From contig OX597820.1 in the NCBI GenBank assembly GCA_951406725.2, positions 122,450,001 to 122,514,000 of the forward strand: a stretch of DNA of 64,000 nt, given 5' to 3'. Below, piece by piece: positions 12,221 through 26,485 of the stretch. The notes beneath the pieces are model-generated. The model had not been told where the DNA came from, did not search any database, and saw nothing but the letters and a program-made list of their open reading frames with translations. A program made the position numbers and the translations under genes. The stretch comes from Octopus vulgaris. Taxonomy: Eukaryota. The first letter of the stretch is position 1; each line of letters begins with the position of its first letter.

Positions 12221-12634
12221 TACTCTCTCTTTACTCTTTTACTTGTTTCAGTCATTTGACTGCGGCCATGCTGGAGCACCGCCTTTAGTTGAGCAAATCG
12301 ATCCCGGGACTTATTCTTTGTAAGCCCAGTAATTATTCTATCGGTCTCTTTTCCCTAACCGCTAAGTGTCAGGGACGTATACACACCAGCATCGGTTGTT
12401 AAGCAATGCTAGGGGGACAAACAAAGACACACAAACACACTCACACATACATACATATATATACATATATACGACAGGCTTCTTTCTGTTTCCGTCTACC
12501 AAATCCACTCACAAGGCATTGGTCGGCCCGGGGCTATAGCAGAAGACACTTGCCCAAGATGCCATGCAGTGGGACTGAACCCGGAACCATGTGGTTGGTA
12601 AGCAAGCTACTTACCACACAGCCACTCCTGCGCC
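12221..12634 (-). mobile_element. Full-length tRNA-derived SINE (family A)
   Basis: Minus strand starts ggcgcaggagTGGCTGTGTGGtaag...GGTTCAGTCCC (A and B boxes), has an internal TA/TG tract and a tail ending gtaaaagagtaaagagagagta. At least 5 other copies in the window. Confidence 0.92.
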
Positions 12635-14760
12635 TGTGCATGAAAAGAACAGATTTCCAAACAAATTTCATAATTTGTGCATCCTTTCTATGCTGTATAA
12701 AACTTCCCTAAACAGAGGTCTTTCAGTATGATTTCTTAGACAATCTTGTAATCCGCTCTGTCATGTTATGTGAAAATCATTTTTCCTTTATCTCTGAAAG
12801 ATGAAAGCCAATTAAGGTTCACATTGACAGCCAATCAGAGACATTTTCATGAAGATTTTTTCAATTTTATCTGATACAGTTTTGCTAATTCTAACAAGTT
12901 CTGGTTACACAATATTAATATGATTAGTGGTGCAATTACTCATAAAATAAGATTTGTTGTGGTCCTTGATAGGAGCAAATGGTATTCTTGAATTGGTACT
13001 CTCTCATCTAAACTGATATTGGAGGATGTAACAATTTAATTCATAACTCAGTTTTTTTGTAATTTCATAAACTAGAATCATGTCTCATATTACATTTAAA
13101 AAATTATTTTTTGCATATAGATGATGGATAATTCAAGAATTACTTGAAACAAACTTTCTTCGTTATTGCTAGTTCAATATTCTCAGAATGAAGACAGTTA
13201 TCTTTATTGAATGAATTAATTACCAGTGTAACTGACAGCCTTAATGTGATTTACTTGACTGATAATTGTTTCACCAAGCTTTGAACTATGCAGTGTTTTT
13301 TTTCAAAAAAAAAGTATGTCTTTAGAGATCTCTCTCTCAGACATAATGCCGCAGTGAATATGCATTTAACAGCATACATTAAGCATGTAATAAAGATAAT
13401 GCTTCCATAATTGAGCTGTTTCTAATACAAAATTTGAATTTCATTCTACTTGTGCAGTGCTATTGCACATCAGAAAATAGATTTTACGCTATTTGTTTAT
13501 ATTTCTATCTGGCAATCGAGATCTCTTTCAGAAATGGGATAAGTATACAACCTGGATGAGTAGGGGAAAAAGGGAAATATCGATATCTGTCTTTCTAATT
13601 TGCTTCTGGATTGATTTTATTTTATCTAACTTTGAGAATATTGTGTTTTTTAACACTATACATCTTTAAAGGGGCCTAACTCAGGCATAATACTACACCT
13701 ACAGATGTTTACCAACACACATATATTAAGTGCATAGTTGTCGAACAGTAAATTCCTGGTTATGGCATATAAATGGCTAGAATCTTACCAATGACTTGTC
13801 CCTAACTGTTGCATTTGGCAATATTGACAATTTTTCAGACACACTGACTGGAAATGCAATATGAGAACAGCAGCAAATGTTCTGCTTTTTGTGTTTTGGA
13901 ATGTCTTAGGATTGTGTGAATTTTTTAGAATGTCTCTCCTTTTGGCTAAGTAAAACTGGCAACCTCTACTTCCTTTCTGGAACGGTCAAAGCTATTCAAG
14001 TCGTTTCCACTTGATTCTGCCTGATGATCTTTTCCATTCACTCTGCTCTCACTCTTAATCCTGTATGAACATCCTGTCTCCGCATTGGGCTTTGGCACAT
14101 TTACTACTATTTTTTCAATATTTTTTGATACTTATGAAAACACTTGGCAACTGAAAACACTAATAAATACCATAAAAACAGCAGCAATTTTCCCTGTTAA
14201 GTTCTAGTGGTTGTACTATGTATTCTGTTAGATAAGATGGCTAATGCAAGTTTCCATGCTATATTGTGCTCTGTTACAATGAATTCCTCATAAATTTCTG
14301 TCCCTAAATTTTCTTGCAAATATATCTTTACTAGATATCACAATTTATAGGATAACTTTACAAAGAAATAATCCTGATGAAAATCTCCACTTCACCAGAT
14401 GTGATCAGTAGCATGCTTTAATTATTGTGGCACACTAAAAAGTTACTGTGTGAAGAATACAGAAAATACCGAATAGGTGCATTGGGTCAGCCCAACTGAG
14501 GTTAATGAAGTCGATTTGAAGTTGCTTAGAAAATGTTTTAGTGAAGCTGAATGAAATGCAGACCTTGACATTGCTTTGGTGCTGAAGTAAATGGTTTTAT
14601 TGTATTTGAGAAAATGTTTGCGCCAATGTGCATCTTAATATACGAGTTTGGTAAGATCATGTTAGAACAATATATACTACGAGTAAATGAATTAATCATT
14701 CAAATTCACCAAACTGAACCACTTCATCTACTGATCCTATTAATTAAATCGACCAGTTTT

Positions 14761-14795
<35 letters not shown>

Positions 14796-15262
14796 TTATA
14801 TAAATATTTAGACAACAAAAACATAAGAATATTTGTGCATTTATTATTATCAGAACGAACACTGATCCCATTGCATACATCCCTGTGCAAATAGATATAT
14901 TTTGATTGAAATGTTCATTTACAACCTTCACATTATATCTCTCACTCTCTCCTTCTTCTCCCTCTTACAACACAAACATGCACGCATGCACACACACACA
15001 CACGCACACACATCACCTAATGTATATTCTTTTGGAAAGGTAACATGAAGCTATTAAATGATTTTAGTGAATCTCTCCATTAATTTAATAATTTGATGTT
15101 GTTGCTGTGGTTACAGTCGCTCCCATTACTATACTTCCATATTTATTTAATTATCTATCGGTGTCTGTACGTGTGTATATAGATGGGTGTATGTATACAC
15201 ACATACCTACGAGAGAACATACATGTACACACACACACACACACACACATACATATATATAC

Positions 15263-15407
<145 letters not shown>

Positions 15408-15408
15408 G

Positions 15409-15564
<156 letters not shown>

Positions 15565-16951
15565 GATTTGTTGAAGTATACCATTGCTTTTAAGCACTCA
15601 AATAAAACAGCTGCAACAACAACAACGACAACAACAACAACAGAATCAATACTACAACAACTAAATACTTCCAAAATAAATTAAGAAAAAAAAAAGTAGA
15701 AATTAAAAATAGTTGAAATCTAGTAAAAGAGATTGAATGAATCCCATTAAGTCCTTTAGACGTTCCTGTCTGGATGAAAGTACGGCTGCAGTTGTTATTC
15801 AATTAGAAATTCTTATTATTTAATTAAATATCTTTTCTAAATATCATTGCACTGAAATTGTTGGTGACTCACTTTAACATGTTTGTTGTTGTTTGTTGTT
15901 GTTGTTTGGTTTCTTTTGTTCACTTCTTTGGTTTCTATTTACTTGTTATTGTTTTCTCTTTTTACACCCCACTACTCGTGTCAGATGGCTTTTGTTTCTA
16001 TCTGCATATGCGTGTATGTGTGTGTGTATGTGTGTCTGTGTGTAGTTTGATATAAGTCCCGTCCTTGTCGGTCGGTTAGCAATATTGTTGTTATGATAGT
16101 AGTGCACTAGTCGTACTGGTGTTTGTTATGAAGACATAAATGCATCTCTTGTTTACTGCAGCTGTTGTTGTTTAGCCCCAAGTCATCCTTCATTGAGCAG
16201 ACTTATGATCAAAGGCATTCCAACCATGCCCATAGCATTTAGGAACATCGTAGGAGCATACTGTCTCATGTGTCCTTTCTTTTCTTCAGATAGAGCTAGG
16301 GTGATTTAAGTGACATTTAGCTGTTGTTTCTCACATGGTGAGTGATAACAATAGCAAAGTGCCCCTGCCTTGTTACTACAGCAGTTATTGTTATCAGTGT
16401 TATTGTCGCGGCTGAATGGGTTTCTTTTTATTCTTATTTTGTTGCTATCATCATCATCATTATTATTATTGTTGTTGTTGTTGCTCTAAATGTGACTCGT
16501 CATCAATTCTGCACCGATATCAAGTCAGATATACACAAAGACAATGCACAGACGCAAGCTTTTGCATGAATGAATAGACACACAAACAACCAATTCAACT
16601 CCAAAACACACTGTCATACCTCACTGCTCCTCTTTATGCTCCTTTCTCTCTCTCTCTCTCTCTAGTTTATTGCTCTGCATTAAACATCGTCAATTTCCTT
16701 TTGCACTGTCCAATGTACAAATTTAAAATATTAATTTCAGCTTTGAGTAGCAACTATGTCTGCCTACACATCCATTCACCCAACCACACACACACATATA
16801 TATTCAAAGCTGAATTTCTATGAAAGTCAGGAAATGCTTGCTACAGTGGTTGTAGAACTAACATAATCATGATCTTAAACTCTTAATCAGACCTACAGAG
16901 CATATATGTGTGTGTGAGTGTGTGTGTGTGTGTATGCAAGCATGGAAAAGT

Positions 16952-17218
16952 GGCTGGGCAAAATGCTTAGCGGTATTTCATCTGCCACTATGTTCTGAGT
17001 TCAAATTGTTAGCACGCTGTGCGAAATGTTTTACGTATTTCGCCTGCCGCTACGTTCTGAGTTCAAATTCTGCCAAGGTTGACTTTACCTTTCATCTTTT
17101 CAGTATCGATTAAATAAGTACCAGTTATGCACTAGGGTCGATATAATCAACTTAATCCATTTCTCTGTCCTTGTTTGTCCTCTGTGTTTAGCCCCTTGTG
17201 GGTAGTAAAGAAATAGGT
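16952..17218 (+). mobile_element. SINE family C with duplicated head segment
   Basis: aaatgcttagcggtatttc...gttctgagttcaaatt occurs twice in tandem before ctgccaaggttgactttacctttcatc...aagtaccagtt. Homologous to 38288-38505. Confidence 0.85.
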
Positions 17219-18189
17219 ATAATGTTGAACTGAATGTTTTGCATGTGTGTGTGTGTGTTTTCCAGTATATGACCATCCCCCAGTGTATTTAAAAATTTCT
17301 AAATAAATATCAGTAGCTAAAATTTGCCAATTCTGGTCTTTTTCTCAAAAGGGTAAAAAAATTGGGTTATAAAAGTCCTATTTCTCCCAAACACAAAAGC
17401 TCAAGCATTTGTGTTCTATGATAAAACCAACTGATTTAATAATTGTAAACATTATCATTGTTTGAACTCTGGATAGATTTGAACAGTGACTTGCCGAGAC
17501 ATCTTTTTCAATATCTCATGTAGTGACATCTTGTGAAAATCATTTTTAAGGAATTTTCAATAAGCATATATAGCTTAATTACAGAATCACTGATGCACAA
17601 AACTAATAATTAGTGCAGCTATCTCTGGTTAGAGTTCTGGGGATTTTAAATTCCATATATTTTTTGCACCAGTCAATTAGCAGACAGTGCTGTGCACCAA
17701 TTGCTTCTCTGGCTTCACTTTAAAAACCTGAACACATTTCTATTTGCTCTGCACCTGTTGATGGAGTTTAGTGCCTGTCCCATTGGCTAGAGATTCCTCT
17801 AACTTTCTACTTGTGGATGTACAGAGGCAAGACTCTGATTTTGGATTAAAAACAATGGCTGTATCACTTCCATCATTACCCTCTTTCTTTTGTATAAACT
17901 TGTAAGGCAGAGAGATAGAGAGATCCTATACTTAGTGACACATCTCCCTCACTGCAGTTCTTTAAACTCCCTTAAACCTCTTCTTTCTAGATTTAGCAAA
18001 TGAAGACTGAATATTAATTTTCTTGTTGCTGTAATCAGTATTCAGGGTTTTTTTTTCCATCATATAACTTTTTTATAAGTGGTCTTTTTGGCTACACATA
18101 CCAAAAGACTGTATGTCTCAAAAGGGTTAAATACACGCATGTTTATTAATGAAGAAAAACTGAATTGTTCTGGGAATTTAATTTTATTG

Positions 18190-18443
18190 AGAAGACCCAT
18201 CAAGCCAAGTAAAACCATAGTCTTGGCAGATACCAGTGTTGCACAAATGGCACCCATGCTGGTGGCATGGAAAAAGGCACCCATTACACTCTCAGAGTGG
18301 TTGGCATTTGGAAGGCCAAAGCAAACTGTAGAAACGATACCAAATCAGACTGGAGCCTGGTGCAGCCTTCCAGCTTTCCATCCTTGGTCAAAGCATCCAA
18401 CCCATGCCAGCATGGACAACAGACATTAAATGATGATGATGAT
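18190..18443 (+). mobile_element. SINE family B with (GAT)n tail
   Basis: gagtggttggcatttggaagg...ccaacccatgccagcatggacaacagacattaaatgatgatgat, shared with many copies. Confidence 0.85.
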
Positions 18444-19028
18444 ATTTTCTCTGTTGCCTAAATTAATCATATATCTTATTAATAATTCAGTAGTGGGTTT
18501 GTTTCTCTTGGTTCTACCACTCTTGTGCAGACAGTTCTTCCTGTCACTTCTCAGGCAGACATTTTAAATCATCTAAACATATGTTAAAAATGTGGATCAG
18601 TTTATTTATTAAATCTGTCTGAACTAGACTATTTCTCTACTGCAAGTAATGATACAGACATTCCATTAGCCCCAAGTCCTTTGTGGTTAAAGGGAAATTT
18701 TTCAGGCATTAATTGAGAAAGTGTCCTTGTCTACAGGGCTCCGTTGACCAGAGTTCTGTTGAAAAAAGACTTTCACAGCAAACAACAACAACAATAGTAA
18801 TTATAGCAACTTCTAACTGGGTACATTCTTTACTAGTGACATTTTCTTTTCTCTATTTCTCTATATTAATATTCTCTGTTTATATCTAAAACAAATCTTA
18901 GAACTCACAACTTACCATTTCTAATTACTCTTTCTAATTTAACACTTTGTGTATTACTAATTAACCATTTTACAACATATTTGAAATTTACCTTTGATAT
19001 TATCCTTATTATCATTTTACTACTACTA

Positions 19029-19060
<32 letters not shown>

Positions 19061-19410
19061 ATTAATAGCTCTGAGTTCAAAGTTTTGTACTGTTCATTCA
19101 TAATCTTTATACACAATATTAATATTCCCAATACTTAACAACAAAAATATTGAAATAAAATCAACAAAAACATCAAAACATAAAAATCTATCGTCAAGAC
19201 TTATCCTTACAACACCTTAAAATGGCTGAAGTAGCAAATTATTACTGGATTTCATTATTGAAAATTACATTGAGTTGTTGCTCCCAGCCATTTTGACTGT
19301 ATATAGTGTGTGTGTGTGTGTGTGTGTGTGTGTCACAGACAGAGACAGTGCAAATAATACGAATTAAACAATACAGTATTGTAGATAAAGCATTTGCATG
19401 TGTACATACA

Positions 19411-19516
<106 letters not shown>

Positions 19517-20012
19517 AATTTGTTGCTCAAAATGAAATCAAATTTCGTCTGTGAGTTGGTCCCTTTAAGTTGGTCACATTCAGTCTCTGCCTATTCTAAA
19601 ATGCTGTACATTGTGTTGATATGAATCTAAATCCAAATTGCATGACTTGAGCAATATAACAAGTCTTAATATTTTCGTCCTTCTGCTCATGCCATCCCAT
19701 CTGTTTAGACTCTCTAGGATGACCATGTCCTTTCCTTTTATATTCAAGTTGGGTGTAACGTTTGATTCTAGAAGATTCAGTGACCCTATACTAATAATAT
19801 CAATATCACCCACATTCACCTGTGGTTTCTCATGATAAATGCCTGTATATCCTGTAAATAAAGGGATCCATCCATGGCCCAAACTAAGACAATGGAGTAA
19901 GGCCTTGACCACCCACCACCACATCTATCAGATTTTGTCAAACCATTCAACCCACCCCAGGGTGGAAAGTAGATTTGTTGTTGATGTTGCTGCTGCTGCT
20001 GATGATGATGAT

Positions 20013-21521
20013 GAAATTTATACTGAATAAAATATATCATACATGCAAACATTATACAAAAAAACGAACACAAAACAATAAATATTTTCAAAGATATGAA
20101 TGAAATGTTAATTTTCAAATGTTACAAAAATATGTACACCCTAAAGGAAATTTGCTATATTCAACATTTGGTGTAACTGTCCTTGCTTTTAATGACTGCA
20201 TTAAGTCTTCTGGAGATGGAATCGACTAAATTTCTGCACACAACCGATGAAATCAACCTCCGTTCATCCTGAATGAGGTCTTTCAATTGTGTCATATTGC
20301 AGGGTTCTTCTCCTCAACCTTCCTTTTCAAAACACCCCACAGGTGTTCTATTGGGTATAAATCAGGTGACATGGTAGGCCAAGGCAACACCTTTTACCTT
20401 TTTATCTGATAAAAACTTATTCGATATCTTAGAAGTATGTTTAAGGTCATTATCCTGTTGGAACATGGAATGTCTTCCTAGTTCCTTGATGCTTTTCAAT
20501 ATTGTTTTCCACAACATGTCACAATAAAGTCTTCAATCCATTGTCCTCTCCATAAATATGAATTCTCCCACACCAGCCGCACTCATACATCTCCAAACCA
20601 TAACACTTCTGCTGTCGTGTTTCAAGGTAGGCACAGTGCACTTGCCACTATTGTTGCCATATTCATTTAATACCATCTGACCCAAACAAGATGATTTTAG
20701 TCTCGTCAGAAAAAATGGAATTCTATTCCAAAATTCCTTCTCCTAACTCAAAGAAAGACAACTTGATTTATGCCTGATAGTGAGGAGAGGCTGCCTACAT
20801 GGAATGCGTCCATGAAGACCACTCTGGTACAAACTTTGGTGAACTGTTTCAGCGGATACACTCTTTCCACTAACAGAAGACACTTCTTGGGCCAAAAATG
20901 AAGTGGCACGGTGCCTGTCATCCCTCACACAACATTGGATGTGGTGAATATCACGCACAGTTAAAATAGGTCTACCTGGACGATGTTTATTGCTCAGCCG
21001 TCCAGTAGTTTTGTACTACTGAATAACTGTGGCAGCTGTGTTTATGCTAATATGTATTGGTTTGCTAATTAACTTGGATCCTAAACCATTCTTTTCAAAT
21101 CTTCAGACAATTCTTTTCCTTTCGGTGGCATTTTAATCACAATGAAGATTTTCACCATGGGACACAAATCAGAATTCCTACAGATGCAATAACAATGACC
21201 AGAGCAAAAATGCCAGGAGAAATAACTTATTAGCATTGAAATTATCAGCAAGATCTGAATTTAGTGAAAAAAAAAACAGGGATAAGATATTGAATATAGC
21301 AAACAATCCTTCAGGGTGTACATATTTGTGTAACATTTAAAAATTAATATTTTGTTCATATCTTTGAGAATGTTTATTGTTTTGTGTTCCAAGTTTGTAT
21401 AATGTTTGCATGTATAATATATTTTATTCAGTTTAAATTTCGTTTGATTTCCTTCAATATTATCAGAGTAATGGCAATTTTACTGAAACTTTTTAGCGGT
21501 GTACATAATTCTGTGATACTG
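20013..21521 (-). mobile_element. Tc1 (DD34E) transposon with long IR/DR-type TIRs; left TIR truncated
   Basis: 20013-20166 is the reverse complement of about 21287-21441. The right TIR continues to ...gatactg followed by TA and contains ggtgtacata twice. Start MPPKGKELSEDL at 21131, Tc3-like HTH ORF 20743-20958, and FQQDNDLKH...WPTMSPDLYPIEHLW (34 spacing across one frameshift). Confidence 0.92.
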
Positions 21522-21530
21522 TACATATAT

Positions 21531-21931
21531 AAGCTTTCACAGTATATTAACCATAGAAAATAGTCTAATATTAGGGTATATAAGCCCCCAAGGGGGAGGA
21601 GTGGCGATTAGTATGCATGGGAATCAAACTCATAGTTTTGTGGTAAGTGGGTTTACTAATTACACTAATATAGTCACCCTTCATTAGTCAATGAAAGCTT
21701 CTAATTCTGTTTATAAATTTCCAGTTGCCTTTATTTCTTTATTCACCCATAGGTCTTAAATTTTACAGAAAAAAAATGGGTGGGTCTGTTGGTGTAATCA
21801 GTTAGCATACTTGCTGCAAACGTAAGTGTGTGGTTTCAATTTCCATGGGTACTAATCACCACTTTTTCTGTCAGGATTTTATATGCTCTAATATCAGACT
21901 AATTCCTTTAGTCAATATAAGGTGAAAGCTT
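21531..21931. repeat. Head-to-head inverted pair of a tRNA-like repeat
   Basis: 21531-21680 is a diverged reverse complement of 21778-21931. The right copy begins with a tRNA-like ggtctgttggtgtaatcagttagcatac...ggtttcaatttcca. Confidence 0.65.
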
Positions 21932-23432
21932 ATTATATTTACAAAATATTCACTTGTCACTCTTTCTTAATTTATGCAGAATGTGTGTGTGTGTGTTTGT
22001 ACACAGCCACATACAAACCTGCATGAGCTACTCATATGTTTCTGTTTCTGCTACACATTACAACTGATCTCTCTGTCTGTTTCTCATTTCTCAATCTGTC
22101 TCACATACACGTAAACACACACACACACACACACATGATCTATTTGTTTCGGCTAAGGTAACCTAAAATCAATGTTTCTGTAGGGAGACTAGCTTCATAC
22201 AATTTCTGTGAAACAAGTCATAGAAACGATGGCCAAAACTGAGATGTGTAAGCAAGATGTAGGCTTTGAGCCATCTCAGAGGACACAGGACTCCAAAGGA
22301 GAAGAACTGCTAGTCCATGCCATCCCATGGAAATACAGAGGCAAAAAGGATAAAATAAATGATGGTGGTGGCAGTGCTGATGGCTGTGTGTGCAGAGGGA
22401 GAAAGAGAGAGAGAGGGAGAGCTAAAGCATCAAGCTTCCAGCATTGTCAGCCTTCTGTAGTATTTCACATACGTTTTTAACTGGTCCTTATGCATTTGAG
22501 GTCATTCTAGAATGTTCATGGGCCAATCCGATTTTCATTTTCCTTAATTTTCCTCCTCATTACAGTCTTTGCATGTTTCTGTGTGTGTATGTGTGTGTGT
22601 ATACATGTATGCATGTATATGTATACACACACATATATACATGTACGTATGTATGTGTGTGTATACATATATATATATATACATACTTGCGAATTATGTA
22701 ATCAACATCATTAGCTTACAGTTGTTTCTGCTATAAGGTGCACTGCACTCGGCACTGAGTGCTTTATATGCACATATATATTATGTGTGTCTGGTCTGTC
22801 CTTTAATACAGAAAACTCAGAGTATGAACATTGGGAAACCTGATAAATTAATGCACAAATACAGAGACAAATACACACACATACAAAGACACCCCTCCAC
22901 ACACACACAAAAATACCCTCCACACAAACACACACAGAAAGAGACCCCTCCCCCACACACACATGCACAGGTAGACAGTGTACAAGCCTTATGAGTTTTG
23001 GTTATTAAATATATAAACTGATTTTTAAAACTTTCTTTTTGTTTTTTTAAGATTAAGCAAATTAGTTTTTGAGTGCTGTTGTATTTTATTTCATAAAATT
23101 AAACCAGGGTTGCTGCTTATCGATTTACCTGCCTTTGATGTTAATTTTTGTAGGATTTGTACACTTGGGGGCATTGAATAAATTTAGAAGGCCACCCTAT
23201 GTTCTTACCTTCTTTTGTATTTCTTACACACCAAGAGGTATTGGTTCTTTACTTAGGCACCAGGCACACCATTGAAAGATGAGGATTTTGTTAACTTCAT
23301 TTACTTCAGTAAATATAACAGTAGATATATTAATACATCATATCACACGTGCACACATACACAGACACACATGTATGTATATGTAAATGCATATAATAAT
23401 AATATTAGGGAGTATATCCAAACTTACAGGGG

Positions 23433-23770
23433 AAAATTAGATTTAGGATTAAATCTGGGCGTTGTGAGTGTTTATTGAGTGAAAACACCTAAAAGCTCCA
23501 CGAGGCTCCGGCAGGGGATGGTGGTGATCCCTGCTGTACTCTTTCACCACATATTTCTCTCACTCTTACTTCCTGTTTCTGTTGTACCAGTATTTCAAAG
23601 GGCCGGCCTTGTCACTCTCTGTGTCACGCTGAATATCCTCGAGAACTACGTTATGGGTGCATGTGTCTGTGGAATGCTCAGCCACTTACACATTAATTTC
23701 ACGAGCAGGCTGTTCCGTTGATTCGGATCAACCGGAACCCTCATCATCGTAACCGACGGAGTGCTTCCAG
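23433..23770 (+). mobile_element. SINE family D, lacking an intact tRNA head
   Basis: GC/CpG-rich segment sharing gtgtttattgagtgaaaacacctaaaagctccacg and ctctttcaccaca..tttctctcactct with the SINE at 28029-28331, but with a different tail. Confidence 0.75.
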
Positions 23771-24934
23771 ATATATTAAGGATTTCATAGTTTGAAAACT
23801 ATAGAAACCTTTGTCAGAATTTGAATTCAGAATAGCAAAGTAACACAAAAACAAAGTTTAAAAAAATGTAAATATGCCTTGTTGCAGCTTATCTGCTCTT
23901 AACATCATTCTAAACACGTATTCCTCTTAAAATCATCTTGCTAGTTATTTTCTGCTATCACATATATATATATATAACTATACTTCCTTCATAATAAGTA
24001 TAGTGAGTGCATTTTTCACTCGTTTTTTTCCATACATACATACAAATGTATGCATGATGTTGTGTATAGTAATGTTAATAAAGAAGTTGGTATCAATCAG
24101 GTGTTTATAGAAAGGAACAACTTTTATCTAGAAATGTTGAAATATAGAGAGTGGAATCATTATTATTTATGAAAATCAGGTTTGAATTTTTTCTGTAACA
24201 ACTCCCCATAGCAAACTAATAAACTAATGTCATTATCTGTTTCATTCCTACTTAATAAGGATTCATTTTCTCTCAGGAATGATGGAAACCTAAGCTTTTT
24301 ATTTCTCTGAATTTAAAATTTGAAAATTGATCTATTTCCCTAAATTGAAATGCAGAAATGATAAAAAAAAAATTAAATACTTTTTATAAAACCTGGAGAA
24401 AAAAAAACAACTTGAATTCACAACTAATTCAAAGATTATTTCCAACTGGATGAACAATTTTAAAATAATTTTGAATATTGATAAAAAATTCAAGAAAAAC
24501 AAAATTACTTTTTCTCATATTATTAATAAAGTTAGAATGTATAAAAAAATATTTAAAATTAAAGAAATCTTTGTTATTAAATTTTGAATCAGATGTGATT
24601 TAAATTTCAGATTTTACAAGCTGCATTTCAGCTTATGAAAATATCTTGGTTTGTAACTATTTTGGCATTGATAAATTACTTCTCCAAAAACAAGAATTAA
24701 AAAACAACTTGAGTTTAAATATAATTCATAAATGATTTCTTGATCAATGACAAAATTTTCAAAAATTGCCAGGAAAAATATTTAAATCAAAATTCCTGTA
24801 CCTAGTTTCTAATACTATTCGGCTTCAACCTCGTTATCAAAGCCTCTTATATACTATTTTCCCATCATACTCATTGTATATTATTTAATCATTGTCAGAT
24901 AGAAACCATTAATAGAATCAAATCAATCATAAAT

Positions 24935-25260
24935 ATCATCATCATCATCATTCAATGTCTGCTTTTCATGCTAGCATGGGTTGGATGGATTAACATAGAG
25001 CAGGCCAGGTGGGAGTTAGCCAAACTCCAGTTGTCTTTTGTAGCATGGTGTCTATGGCTGAATGCCCTTCCTAATGCCAACCACTCAGCAGGGTGTGCTG
25101 GGTGCTTTTTACATGCCACCTGCATGGATATGCTTACACAGCACCCTGGCACAAGTGCTTTTTATGTGGCACCAGACTGAAAGGATAAGCCAGCATGTGT
25201 GAAAGACAGTAACTTTACTTAGCTTGGTGCCTCTTATCAAGCACAGCTAATCACCACATC
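24935..25260 (-). mobile_element. SINE family B
   Basis: (cat)n followed by ttttcatgctagcatgggttgga...gcccttcctaatgccaaccactc. Confidence 0.85.
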
Positions 25261-25577
25261 TGCCTCTATAACAATAAACTTAACAAAAACTGTTCATAAA
25301 AAATCTAAAAGTCTTTTTCCTGCAATTACTACAAACGGTCATACAAGTAAATAAGACGGTGGGTTTACATCTTCAATGAATCTTAATTTGGTCATTTCCT
25401 TTTGATTCTCTTCGGTCAGTTATGTATATATACACATATTATGGACTCTCCTGTCGAATGTGGCTCTAGTATCTAATCTTATAGCCGTTAGTGTTTTGTT
25501 CAGCAGATGAGAGTAAGAACTCTGTCAAATTGTAGTGAAGAAGCATTGTTTTATTTGCTGAGTGTGGAATCAAGAGA

Positions 25578-25611
25578 TTGGTTCTTCTTTACAGCTGTAA
25601 AGAAGAACCAA
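25578..25611. repeat. Perfect 34-bp palindrome with no spacer
   Basis: ttggttcttctttacag|ctgtaaagaagaaccaa. Confidence 0.95.
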
Positions 25612-26239
25612 CAAATTTTCTGATGTATCTAAAGTTGGATTTTGTTGGGAAGATTAGTGTGAGGAAGAGCTTCTATAGAAAGTTAGGTTTATAATCCTTT
25701 AAGATAAAGTTCGGAGTACAGTTGCATCATTCACTCCAACATCCCTAATGAGTTGGTAATGAGTTTGTCATTAATCTTCAGTTATTTTCTAATCTATAGT
25801 TCTTCTGGAATTCTTTGATGATGAGACATTTACAAGCATCTGTAGAGAGAGAGCTTCTGGCTTTATCAGAGAATACATGACGATTGCTGGATAAATCCCT
25901 TTGGAAAACAATCACATGTTTAGGAAATATGATGCCCTTGATTAACATACAGTAAATCACTTTCAAATTCACCAAGTAGGCAATTATGTGGAGGATTGCT
26001 TATTTGTAGTCGTGGAAGAAGGCCACCATCATATTCATTCTATTAAATCCATTGTTTTTCTTTGTAGTAATTCCTTATATATGCTTCCGGCTAGAAGAGG
26101 TACGTCCTTGAGTAAAATTGTTTGTTCATAACGTATGGTATCTGCAAGCAGTGCTCCAGCAATATGGAACCTGTCCTTTGAGATATATACACACACACAG
26201 ATATATGTCTATGCATACACACACACTTCACTATACAGG

Positions 26240-26485
26240 ATTATAGGATAGACGAGTATGACATTGAGACGGAAAATCACACTTCATAAAGAGCAGATCT
26301 GGTTCCTGCAATGCAGATAGATTCCTTTAAGCGAACACATAGAGAGATGTGCAGGTAACATCCAACCAAATTTTACAGTTTTCCCCTTATATCAGTGCAA
26401 AGATACAATTTCTATACAAGAATGTTTAAATAAAGAATATTTATTCATCAAAAAGTACAACACATATCTAAATATGTATGCATAA
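26240..26485 (+). pseudogene. Penelope-like element GIY-YIG endonuclease C-terminal remnant
   Basis: One frame reads IIG*TSMTLRRKITLHKEQIWFLQCR*IPLSEHIERCAGNIQPNFTVFPLYQCKDTISIQECLNKEYLFIKKYNTYLNMYA*. This matches the (Y)IGxT..L..R...H and E..FI.K....LN pattern. Two internal stops. Confidence 0.8.

Noticed and set aside
12720-14300. Possible decayed hAT transposase on the minus strand
   Set aside because: Only vague motif resemblance across many stops and no TIR or TSD found. It needs a translated HMM search.
22712-22770. Minus-strand GAAACAACUGUA resembling a hammerhead 3' half
   Set aside because: No CUGANGA box is recognisable upstream, so it is at most a truncated remnant.
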